From Phoronis australis (Eukaryota; Animalia; Phoronida): a DNA stretch of 64,000 bases. The stretch spans positions 62,001-126,000 of the forward strand of contig NMRA01000032.1 of the NCBI GenBank assembly GCA_002633005.1, written 5' to 3'. This document shows positions 51,878-64,000 of this stretch, piece by piece (the stretch's first letter is position 1; each line of letters opens with the position of its first letter). The translations under genes were made by a program, and so were the position numbers. The notes beneath the pieces were generated by a model, which was not told where the DNA came from, ran no database searches, and was given only the letters and a program-made list of their open reading frames with translations.

Positions 51878-54800
51878 CTAGTTCCGTGAAACCCACACAC
51901 ACACAGAGTTAAGGAATCACCTTTGAATGCGGCTGGTATAATGCAGTGAAATTCTATGCGTGACAATTTTTACGTACAGTTGTAATCGTGAAACGAGTAA
52001 GGACACGACGCGGTAGATTTCTACGGGTGCACAATCCTAGTGCAGATGAGATGATCCACAACAGACTACCGCTGTCCTGCATTAACACGGGGTTGAGAAG
52101 CGGCGTATGACTACAAAGCTCCAATCAAGTGAACCAGCGACTGTCTTCGTAACTAGGCCTACCTGTATACCATTCTACTGTAGTTTTCTCTAGGTGTGCC
52201 GCTTTATACCGCGATACTTCACCGCTGAAACGACTTCTAAATCGACGCGCAAAAACGTGGACCATACGCCGGAGACTGACCTTGAGTGTACCCAATAGTC
52301 GTATGAATGGAACACTGAAATTGATGTTAGCGATCTGTAGTTTGCACTGTACATAGTTTTTTGTCAGGCTCTCACAAAAATCAATACGTTCAATATTGTG
52401 CAATCGTTTAAAGTAATAGACAGTGTTTGTCCATATCAACACATGAAGCTGCTCCGTGCTTTTCAAAAAACTATAAAATGTAAGTAACTTGACGTCTTGG
52501 TGCAGTACGTCAGTCACAAACGTGGCACTGCTAAAATGTTTAGTTACGTGAAACGTTTGAATCACTACCGAAAAAAATCAGATCATCTTTCAACTTTTTA
52601 CTTACTACTATTCACCAAAACGTAGAATTCCAAATTATTCTTTTTTGGTCAGATATCGCGTGACAGACGCATGTTCAATTTTATCTCAGTCACGTGCGTC
52701 CGTCACACCCCCTGAAATCCACTTTTGCAGCTAAAGATATGCTTTAGTTGTTGTTTTTTAATTCGAAGGAGACAAAGTTTGCCTAACACGTAAAAGAATG
52801 TTAAATGATGAAGTACTACTGGGGAATATTAAAAAACCAAGCCAATAAGTTTCTACGGACTCGAACTAAATACATTCGACATTCTCATTGAAAAAGTTGG
52901 GCTTTACTGTGTACTCTAGTTATTCGTAGAATTCAAATTGTTAAAATTAGACAGTTGGGCCACATTCTTCATTTGTTGTTGCCCATGCGTGTAAATATAT
53001 TCATTCTTTAAACACATTTTCGTTTCAAATGAACGATTTGAATTTAAATAAAAGTAGAAAAACGAATAATTAATGAACCGTGTAATAAGATGTAACCCGT
53101 ACGGTATATATATACATGAATAAAATAAAGTACGGTGAATTTATACAGGTAGAGCGCTGGCAAGGTCTAGACGTTCTTTTTTATTATGAATGAATCATAG
53201 CCTATACTTGTTTTTTATGCACATATCAGCACTCTAAGTTGACCTTAACTGATCCTTGACTTAACAAAAAAGTTATTGTGTTGTGTAATTGTATGATCTG
53301 TACCGTACCTATTAAATTGAATAAAAAAGATATAACCCGGACAATCTCGTCATAAATAATTGGTGAGTTGGTGTATACTACATATTAAATGCAGGCACGT
53401 TACTCAGAACGCTCGTTACACAGAACACTGTAAGTACTTACCCTACTTCTAGATAGACTAGGGGCGACGCGTTGCGTAGTTATTCAGTGGGAGTAAGCCT
53501 AGTTGATTCTCAAATCAGAGACCTTGTCATTTCTCTATTACCATTCACTGTATGCGCTTTTTAAACTTGGAATTTACGTTGACAAATTTCTACATCGACC
53601 TTTGCCGGCCAAAGTCTACAGAGGCCAGTATAAACTAGGCCTCGTCGGTCGGACTATTGCACTGTCACTGACCCTATTGAAACGTGTTGAAAAACATGCT
53701 AAAAGGTTCGGATGATAATGTAATTCGGCAAAAGTGTGTCACTAGCTATAGAACCGTGCACGTCACTTTTTCCTATGCCCCGCCCCCTAGAGCATAAAGG
53801 CTTGGTTTTCAAGTTATCTGGAGAAGTTACGGACGGATTTGCCTGAAACTTGGCAGTGTTAAGTTCGCGAGTGTTTGAAATTTTAATTTAAAAATGATGA
53901 CAGTTTGACTTTAAAGGACTTTATCATACACTGATGCAGTAACCGTGAATCTACAACAGGAAGGTGCCTAAGACTAAGAATAAATTCACAAAAAATAAAG
54001 AAATTTAAGACTAAGTTGACTAAATATCAGATAACTATAACAAGGTAAATTCACCAAAGGACTGTACTGGACTATCATCGGAACAAGCTATATGCTAAAG
54101 TATAATACTAGATCTGTCGGAAGTTATATACTCGGGAACTCAATGGTCGTCCGCCTAAGCATAAAACCGGCTTGTTGTCGTACTCACTTACTGTAAGCCG
54201 AGTTGTTTCAACTGTACATTGCTTTTCGGCAGCCATTTTATAACGACTCCTATGGTTGTCAAATGCTGCCGCCTTTTGAAAGATCAGAAAACCCACACAG
54301 CAAAAGGCCAATAAAAATGGTATGAAGTGGTTTACAACAATTCTAGTTCAACCACAAACTGTGTTACTGGTATGATATCGATCTTTAAATCGGTTAAAAT
54401 TGGTTCAGAATTTCAGTTCTGGAAAATAAATCACGATTTTTTTATTTCAGATAGACTTTACTTATTTTCTATTAGTGACCTCTTTATTTGACTTTTTGCT
54501 CTTGTTGTTCTCAACACCACTTATCTCTGATGTCTTTCTTTTTCTTTTCAGTTTTTCTTCATTCTCTATTAACACCTTCCCAGCCAACACAGAACTGTAA
54601 TCCTTCGAGACATGGTCGGCGGAAGTGAATCATTGAACCTCGATACAGTTGTTCTAATAAATTACCCAATATCATTTTGTTTTATTTTTTCTCACCTTTA
54701 ACAGGCTTCTGCAATAATAAATAAATAAATAAATAAATACTCTTTATTTTATTGGTGGCCATTCTCTATCAATTCAAGTATTTTAATTTTCTTCAAATAA

Positions 54801-57800
54801 ATCCAAAATGCCTGAACCATAAACATAAATGTTGAGCTCAGTACTGTGTTGTGCAATAAAAAACAAGTGGACAATATTTTGATGATCAATGCATGGGCCG
54901 AAACTGTTAAGCACCCAACGTGTTGCATTTGTCTGCTGCGTTTTTCCTTTAAGTTTGGGCTAACAGGTGTTGGAAAATGCTTGGGACAAATAGATACATT
55001 GCATAAACAATCCCTGGGTTGTTTTTTGTAACATCTGAATAAAATTTAATTTCTAAAATATCCTTTGAAAATGAACAAAAAAGTGCATTAGTAAAATCTA
55101 CAAGTTTTTAAGTGGTTTCAAAAAACAGTCGGTAAATGCACCGATTTTCTCAGTTCTTCGATGCAAGTTTCTCCCGAGAGGTTAGTATATAACGAGCAGA
55201 CGAGCAGTCCAGATTGGAACGTTAAAGTCCTGGTCTCACACGTTGTTAACCCTTATTACATGATTAGAGGATGTTATAAGGATCCAAGAAGTACCTACCC
55301 CATAACTAATACACGACCCGTACGCGAAAAAAGTTTCAATGAACGCGCCACTCACGATTCGCACCCGAAGAGCCACCGCTATTTTGAAGTTGCCGCGAAC
55401 CCGGAAGTACAATTCATTCAGGAACCCAGGCTAAGAAAACGCCGTCAGTGTGAATGGACGAGTGCCTGTTACTAGCCTGCAATCGGGGATAAAATAGTGG
55501 ACACCGCGCCTTAATTTTAATAAAGTCAAAATACGGACAATTTTATCAAATTTGCTGAAGAAATGTTGCGAATAAATTTTGACACAAATTATTTTGCCGG
55601 ACTCGGGACCGCAGCCTATTGGACCCGATGCGGATCGAGACAAGACACTGGCGAACGGTAAAGGCATGCGGTTGCAAGCTGTTTTGTCGAAGTAAAATGT
55701 TTAAATCATAAATGCCGTATATATTCAAAGGTAGTTTCAGACACTCGCATAAAATTACGGGCTGGTTAATCCTGTGTCACACTGCCGCGGCAGCACTTAG
55801 CTGGCCTCAGTGCCAGCTACCAGTATGGAGACTACCGTCAAAATACAGCTAGCTTGTTAGTAGGCCCATACCGCTTTGGGCCAAGGCTACCTTTAGGCCT
55901 ACCTGGTCGCTGGCCACAGCGCTCCCTCAACAAGGTTTACTTAGAACTTGCGGGTACTTCCGGCGAACTGTGCAAAGTTGTTGGCTTTCAACAGAGATTT
56001 TCCCAGACTTTGTATGAGCGCACCAAGCTTAAAAATGGGGGCTGGAATTTTTGGGAATGTCTATCTTTTACTATAAGATTCACTAGGTATGTTCAAAGTT
56101 ATGAATTGCAGACGCTAAACTTTGGTACTTCCTGTCTTCCAGTGGAATACCGTCTAGTTTTCTACTTTTTTCGGAGTTCTTGCTTCTCTGACTGAGGCAG
56201 ACCCTTTTCCATTTCTCCAGATAGGGGGCTCGTTCGAGCACATAAGTATGACAAGTCCAATACAAAATGTTATCATTTTTTTATTCATTAAGCCAAATGA
56301 TTCAACCTTTTAACATAATAAGTAACTTAAAATGCACGATATTTTACAACATTTAGCATATTACAAACACTATTCAACAGCAAAAGTTTCCACGATATGA
56401 TAGTTGGACATACATGAAACTATTACCATAGTGACCGAATAGTGTTTCCTTACACCAGAATTTGACATGAAAAACATGAAGTTGCAAGGAACAAGAATTG
56501 GAGGCTTGAAGCTTCACAATCCAACATAGCTTATTTCTCAAATTAAGATTATTCATATTGTTGACTTGATAACCTGAATTAAGCAATAATTTACAAAATA
56601 TGACTTGAAAGCAATTGAGACTTAAAATTTAGAGAAATATGAATCATTTTGTGACACCGAATCAAGCCTTGAACAGCAGTTGACAGTCAAACAAAAACGA
56701 TTTCAAAATTATTTCAACTATTTTTTTAGCTTAGTGTAAGATCACCTGAATGGGAAATTCACAGTAAAATAATTCGAATTATCTTATATTTTTGCACAAA
56801 AACACACGAAAATTGAAGAAAGCTCCTTTTTGTAGCAACGTTTGTCAAAATGTATCAACGTTACATCTTCACAAATTACAAAGTAACAGGTTGAACATGC
56901 CTCCCAGTTCAGCAAAAGTCGCCGTGTTGTCGGTGCCGCCAGAAATGAGACGAAGTCCAACGGGAATTTTGAGCACATTTATCACTTAATGAGTAACAAC
57001 TGCGAGGCTGAAATTTGGTGAACACAGTTGAATCGTGCAGAATATTAAGTAAAGATTCACAGTTGTCTCACTAAATTTCACCTTTGGCGAAAACAATTTA
57101 CACAAAGTTTTAAACTCGTAGCTTGTACGGCTGTCCTCCAATATGACCGACGCGATCCAAACAAAGTGACCCAAATTTCGCCATTAAAATTGCAATAACT
57201 TTACAGTGCTTGCCCCGATTTTGATACTTTTTCGATTTTTACTGAGTAGAATGCACTACCTTTCCGGTGATAGCAAAATAGTTTTCCAAAACGAGAAAAA
57301 AATCAAAACGAAAAAAATGGTTCGACTCATATTGGTTCCTAGGTTCTACCGTCCTATGTAAGGAACTAAACACCAATGCTATTTTAACATAATAAGTACG
57401 CGTGACATTCCACAAAAATTCAGCGACCACTAACTGCAAACTATAAATACACTACACATACATTACAAATCACGAGATATTACTAATAAAACAAAATAAT
57501 GAAGACTTTTCGAGCAAGCGATAGCACATTCAGTTACAAGGAAAAAATGGCGGCGACGTTCAGGACAAGTTCCTGAACTGATGAGCCGGAAATGTGGGTA
57601 CGGAAATAACCGATGGCAGCCGGTAATTATACGCTTACAGAGAAGGGTCAAATACTGTTAAAAATCGCTTTTGGCAAGAAAGGTGACAAGAATATAAAGA
57701 AAGGGTGTCGAAAATAAGATTTTGTGTAGTATGTATTGTCGGATACAGGAACCACATGGGCACTTTGAGACCAGGACTGCAACTCAGGCGCCGATTCCTC

Positions 57801-58052
57801 GGTAACTACATTATCAAATATTGTTGTTATTTAACTATTTTCAGGAAATAGCACTAGTTCAATGCACAATTACCGCTGTTATTTCTTTTCAAGTAACAAA
57901 TCGTTACACTTAAAACTATTTCTTTTACTAGAGAAACTTGTAACCTAACGCGCAAGTACAACCATATAGGATGTGATCGGCCACGTGAACAGTCTGGGTG
58001 AAGTATTTAAAAAATCTGCCGAAAAAAGAAAGAAACATAGAAATTCAAAGCG

Positions 58053-58412
58053 TATGGAATAAATAGAAAATGTGCCTTGACTGGCGTAGATGAAGTAATA
58101 TCCCACGAGACATTATTCCGCGTACGTATTAACTGAAACCTTCGGAATAATGTCATCTACGCCACTCTAGGTACGTTTTGTGTATTTATTACATTACATG
58201 TATATAATTATGGAACTTCTGTAACTAAAACAAAATACACAAACGTAAAATTCTCTCGTCATTTTTCGGACTACGTCCCACCTACACAGGGCCAGTGAGC
58301 AAGCTGAGGGTGCGCTGGTTTTGAACGTGCGCTCTCTGCTTTCATTTATTGTTTCCACTTTGCTTGGAATGTCGATTTCCCTGAATCTATTGGAATCCAC
58401 ATGTTCGGCCAT
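58053..58412 (-). mobile_element. Inverted-repeat element with an adjacent short ORF, possibly a Crypton-like remnant
   Basis: Inverted repeats of about 40 bp (58053-58093 vs 58152-58196) plus gacattattccg/cggaataatgtc; adjacent minus-strand ORF MAEHVDSNRF... Confidence 0.35.
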
Positions 58413-61065
58413 AAATCTTCAACCGTAACAAGTATAATGTACAACAATGTTTTAAAAACAAACCTTCCTGGTCGTTTCCTTTTAAAACCTATTACATACA
58501 ATTAGAAGACATCTTAGATAGCTTTTGTGTTAGAAGTGCCCAATCCCAGGGATAACTTTTACAAGGGTCCGTGCGTGTTGCGACTAGCAGTATTAAGTAC
58601 TTCGACATTATTGCTTAGTGTCGAGTGATGCTCTGTATGACGATCCCTCGGTCACATAACGAGCGATGCTCCGTGGCAAACTAATGGGATAGGTGTCGGA
58701 AACCCTAAGACAACGAGACATTACGGATACCGTGAAACGTCACATACATGAAGGATTGTGGTATAACGGTCACCCAAAGCAACACCGACGAGTAGACGTA
58801 GAAATACTGTTTGTAGATATCACTTTAGTTTTGTTGCTTTCCAAACAGCTAGAACTCAGTTTCCAAAGACTGAGTAAAAGGTGGTATCTATCCAGTGTCT
58901 ACAGCCTATCGACTAAACCGTGATTCTGTGATGATTTGAATCCTGCACATATTTGCTCCACTGGGCGCACGCATCTCTTTCCACCGTCCCACAGTCTTTT
59001 GACAAGGTTACTGGCAGTCGAATCCTTGCCACAGAGTAGAACCGTTCCTACCAAAGTGAAAACTTACCGTGAACTCATCCCGAAATTTAGGCTATTACTC
59101 ACCAAAACACCTTAGGACACAAAGAACCCTTGTACCAAAACCACCTGAGCTTCATGCCTAGAAACAAGTCTATTTACCACGCAAAATGTTAATGCGCGTC
59201 ACCAATAGGTGTTTTTAAGAGTGGTCAAGGTTGCATTCCCGTGTGCTAATGATAGCGATCATTGGTGTGAAGGGCGTGGACTTGACAACAGGACCGTAGC
59301 CATGATTACCCAATTGGTGGTTCGAATTGCTAAAACAGTGAACCTTTTGTTGAAATTTCGATAAAATCTGCATCGACTCTGTACCCTTTTCGGCAGAGCC
59401 ACAAAGGCGCTAAGCAGTAGGAGAGGCAATAGGTTTTCAATACACTGTACATTATTGTCAAGTAATCCAAACGAAACAAGTACAGCTTATTCAATGTAGA
59501 TGTAAGTTCTGAGATACAAAACAGATTAATACACTTCCAAATTTTATCTTACAAAACATTGTCAGTAAGCAACTCTTTGTTGTTGTGGACATGTATCAGC
59601 GCCACTATGACAATTTGTCAGAGACTACTCTCGTACCTGCTCGCATGAGCGTGTAAACATCGCGCGTTGCCACCCACCGACAACGGGGCACATCAGTGAC
59701 ATTTTCTGCAGATTCGGGATATTTGATCATGTACTTCATTTAGGAGTTGTGTTCTCTTTGGACTGTTCATCAAAAACTAAACAACTGAGCGTACTTTGTC
59801 GGCAAAGTGTTTCTCATTTCCTGTGTCGAGCCTTAATAGACTATGGCTAGACGTTGTCAAAGTGGATGAGAAGCTACAACATAGTATTCGTGTTGGATTA
59901 CTTGCACACCAACGCTGTCTCCACTCATACTTGCCATACCATTAGATCCTTTCCCTCCCAATCCCCGTTTGCAAGACAAGGAAATTTCTGGATTGACATT
60001 AACTTCTGCCAAACTTTCGGAATCTCTCATCAATGGCGACTGCAATGACGAATCGCTTTAGTTAGCGCTTTAGGATTGTACCTGTTTTCCTGTATTTGCC
60101 CTGTCACCTTACCGTCTGCCTTATTGCAGATATCTAGCGTTGGACCTTTGTTGCTCGTATGGAATCTGCGGGTTTATATTCAAGGCATTAACACGAGGTT
60201 ATCTACTATACTTCGTAGGGGAAGTATGAGACAGGGTTGGGGACTTCCCTCATAAAATCTCGGATTGGTAAGCCGCAGGTTTCACAAAGTGGATAATAAA
60301 TGAAAACATTATTATTACTTGGTACTTTCTGTGGTTATCTTCGATCACTGTGTTTGCTGATACTGAAGAAATTGCCCTTATAAGAGTTACATGTAATAGG
60401 CTGGGCATCAATAATTTTCTGATTGTTCTGCTACAACCAAAATAAACAATAGACACTTACCAAGAATGGGATGTGCCCGCCTCATCTGGCTTAAGTATAC
60501 CTGATAAGGGTCCACCTGAAATCGCTACCCTTTCTGGCCAACAGTTTTTGTGAAAATGTGAGTTATGCAGGGAGAAAGATAAAATGCTCAGAATAGCTGA
60601 GTAAGAAAATTCAACAGTGAATTCGAATTTGGTGTTTTGGAGACCATTTACAGAAAGTTTCTCTATTAAAAGTAAAACGGAACTTTAATAAGCTTCCTGA
60701 TACCAAATTTGGTACAAAAATAGCAACCTGTTTCAATCCAACTTTCAGACCACTGTATCAATCTTCAACAAGCTGTCATTCCTTTTCAAACCCCAAATCT
60801 CATCTAGTAAGGAACATTTTGACACCCATATTACAACGATAATTTGTGTAAAGTAACCGTGAGTGTTGGAGCAGTTATAGCACCTTATTGCAACTGGATG
60901 TTGCTTGGAATTGATATAATTTTCATTAATGTATACGTAGTCTGAACACATTAACAGATTCGACAGAGTAGCATCTTCCCCCATTTCAAGGAGAAACTTC
61001 ACGGGTTATCCGCAGCTGACGACTTCACGTGCTATCCCAAAAGAAGGGCATCTGTCCGTCTCAAA

Positions 61066-63648
61066 CTATGTCTTAATTAAAGCCAGTTCTCGGGCATCCT
61101 TCAATGACTCTTTCTCATGGATTAGAATATTTGTCTGTATACGTTTCCTCTCTTGCAAAGACAAAGAGCGCAGATACATCTGCCTGTGCGGTGCCGTTGA
61201 AGGCCCGTAATTCATGTCCGGTTTGATCAGAGTCTTGATCCTCTGAAACGACAATACAGACGGTCACGGGAAGACCAGGGAGTTAGATAACATTTTTGTC
61301 CTAGCACTGAAACGATTTAGTATTGGCAATATTTTGCAAAGAGTTTTTCACAATCCTGTTATCAGTGTTCCTTTTCTAACTGCGAAATATTCAGACGACC
61401 GTAGAAAGGTTTCAGACCAATCACATGACATTTCCTACCTCGGCTATACTTCCTTTAGCTCGAAAGATTTGTACCCCAGCAACAAGCGGAAGTGGCAGGA
61501 GAGGCACCATGGCTAGGATCCAGCCGATTGCGATAGCCCAGTCCGGGTACACATATTTATTATACGTCACTGGAGTGTGTGTAATGAAAGTGAACAGCAG
61601 TACAAACTGAAAAAAGCACGTGAAAAACAGATGTCAAGCCCCAGCCATCTACGTCATGTGTTGTACGGTGCTAGAGAGCCGATAGTAGAGAGGGTGTCGT
61701 ATATCCTTTGGTCGGAGGTGCTCGCGAAGGAGACTTACTAATATGAACGTTATGCGTAAATATCTTAAGTCCATTCTTTTAGACAAATAGTTGAACAACT
61801 AAAGTATTTAACTTGGCAAAACTATTTTTTCTAAAAAATAGAAAGCCTGTACATATATATGTACATAGATGTTTTAGTTTTGTATCAGTATGTCATTTTC
61901 ATGTCACGCAACAATGTCTTTTTAGTAAAATTAAACAAAAAGGAAAGGCATAATTATAGCAAAACAAAGATATCAATAAAATGACAAAGTTTCTTCCAAT
62001 ATAAACGATCAACATGAAATATCTGAAATGCCGTTCCTGTTTTCTAAGTCGTCGTTTTGTTTGTGCCCCTCATGTGTGGAACATTTTAAAACAATTCTTA
62101 ACAGAATTGAAATATTCTAACTTGAAAGTGATCAGCCAACTTTAAGATTCAATGTTCGCAAATTCACCAAATTTTAAAATTCTTCTATTGATGTTTCGCA
62201 TAACAATGACTTAAACGGGTTCAACAAAGTTTACCAAAAGCCATATAGTAGCCGCCGTTTTACGACACTGACTTAATACTGTACATGTATATATAAAACG
62301 CTTAAACATCATTTTTGGTTGCGGTGAACAAGTAACTAAATCTGCAAATTCTTGAATTTACATTTGCAAAATCTTGATTTTGCGTTGAGGTTTTGTTAAT
62401 AACTTGTTGAATAACAGCACATGACATCAAATTTCCCAATGTCGTTCTACTTAAAAGGAGAATTGACACAAACAAAAGTGTTGACGTATATGGAACTTCA
62501 TTTTACGTAATAAGACAATTTCAAATTTATTAAAGAAGAAAATTCTCGTTTTTTTTGTGTTGGCGTCAACACAAGTTATTTCATGAAACCCAGCAACGTA
62601 ACATAGTCACAGTTTTGTGAACTGCAGCTGTGCAATCGTGATCTTGAAATCTGCGCGTCATCTTTTGAGACGATGTTTGCTCGAAAATAGCTGAACAACT
62701 AAGTCGGCTAAACCTTAATTATTGTTATTTTATAGCAAACAAGGGAAGTCAAAACAAGACATGAAATAAAAAAAATTAAAGGTGCAACTTATTAATAATT
62801 TACTAAGCTTATATTTCAGTACTTCATGTAAATTAAATTTATTTTTTTGCCACAAGTCCACTGTTGAGGTGACTGGACTGAAAAAAGTAATTTCATTCAT
62901 CCTACTTTTTTGTAAATTTGTGTTAATCAAAGACCAAAATACAAAAAATGACAATTAAAAAACAGTGATAAATCAAAATTGTGTCCAACAGCTGTTCATT
63001 GCCGTACAAACCTTGCGTGAATCAGCGTTTGTGTTGTCTAGCTGTAAAGCCTCTTTAATTAGGTACACATGAATGGCGAAAAAGCAAGCAGTTTCTCTGG
63101 TTAAAACGACTGCTAGCAAAATCGCAAGCGTTTTAGCCAAAAGGACGAGCTGTCCGCAAAGGGGTCATTTTTGCCGGCATAAAGATTGTTTCTTTATTAC
63201 CAGAATCGCTTTTAAGTGAAATTGATGTCAAAACACGTTCACTCTCGGCCGTCGCAACTATAAAAAGGTCTCTTATCACTGCGCATGTGTATCCTTTGAA
63301 GTAAGCGGCGTGGCTAAAAAGTGCTTGAGGAAACGCCGGTAGTTCTGGGGTAACTCAAACTTCCAGCAAAGCGACAGCAAAAGTGACCCTTGCGACCGTT
63401 CACATCATCGTTGGCATTTTTGCTGTTAGCGAAAGTGCTAGCGAAAACGCAAAAGTTTTAGCGACCATGTGAACCTATTCGACTAAAAAACAAGCGGAAG
63501 TCGCGGAAGAAAGAACTCTTTAGACTAATTGAAGTTTAGGAACCTACCGTCATCGTTACCGGAGTCAGGAAACACCAGCATATTTTGTACCAGATAAACG
63601 GCCTGTGACCAATCATCAACTCGATGTCCGTAAACATTCTTTCAACCC
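61066..63648 (-). CDS. SLC6 sodium:neurotransmitter symporter family member, last three coding exons (TM11, TM12, C-tail); the rest lies beyond the window end
   Basis: Phase-consistent exons: 63648-63548 (GVERMFTDIELMIGHRPFIWYKICWCFLTPVTMT), 61606-61439 (FVLLFTFITHTPVTYNKYVYPDWAIAIGWILAMVPLLPLP...GSIAE), 61242-61066 (RIKTLIKPDMNYGP...LIKT*). Signatures DI..MIG.RP...W..CW...TP and Y.YP.WA..IGW are typical of SLC6. Confidence 0.92.
63061..63476. mobile_element. Probable MITE in an SLC6 intron
   Basis: aggtacacatg / catgtgaacct termini, internal inverted pair gcaaaggggtcattttt / aaaagtgacccttgc, and att on both flanks. Confidence 0.4.
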
Positions 63649-64000
63649 CTAAATCCAATCGAAGAAACAATGGAAAGTGAAAGCTTGTAAGTTAGGGGTA
63701 AAATATAAATAATGTGATGTAACAACAATAACAATGGTAAAACTACAATCAATGTTGAAAATAACAATAACATCGACAATACCAGTGACAATGACGAGGG
63801 GGTGACATGGAACTCTCTCAGTGTCACATTGTGACCACTCTGTTAGACGCGTTCGTCACCTTGTGACACGTTGTAGACTTATTGGCTAGTTGGTGACACT
63901 GTCAAGTGTACAGAAACGCATACAGCACCAGAACCAATGTGCATTCAGGTCATGTCAATCAGCAAAAGCAACCAGTCATATCATTTTGGGCGTGAATTAA

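Noticed and set aside
53700-57700. Scattered CGGAAGT and AAAATGGCG motifs and 60-113 aa ORFs as an unannotated gene
   Set aside because: There is no coherent exon chain or protein motif; the region reads like decayed DNA-transposon sequence whose ends I could not define.

Overview
This is AT-rich, intron-rich eukaryotic DNA, most likely from a marine invertebrate (inferred from gene content, intron style and transposon types). Walking the splice phases by hand gives four protein-coding genes. (1) The 3' 19 coding exons of a CEP350-like centriolar protein on + (266-22258); no CAP-Gly domain is recognisable in it. (2) A complete 10-exon WDR31 on - (35072-24675), tail-to-tail with CEP350. (3) An SLC22 organic cation transporter on - (51877-40206); its expected exon 2 is not visible and probably lies in the N gap, and its first intron holds a compact BEL/Pao LTR derivative. 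(4) The last three exons of an SLC6 sodium:neurotransmitter symporter on - (63648-61066), mostly missed by the ORF track. Introns and intergenic DNA carry many short inverted-repeat elements with 5-bp, 7-bp, CAG and TA target-site duplications, plus minisatellites and microsatellites. I see no prokaryotic-type systems, CRISPR arrays, rRNA or tRNA genes, and no convincing wholly new biological system. Family assignments come from recalled motifs, not from database searches.
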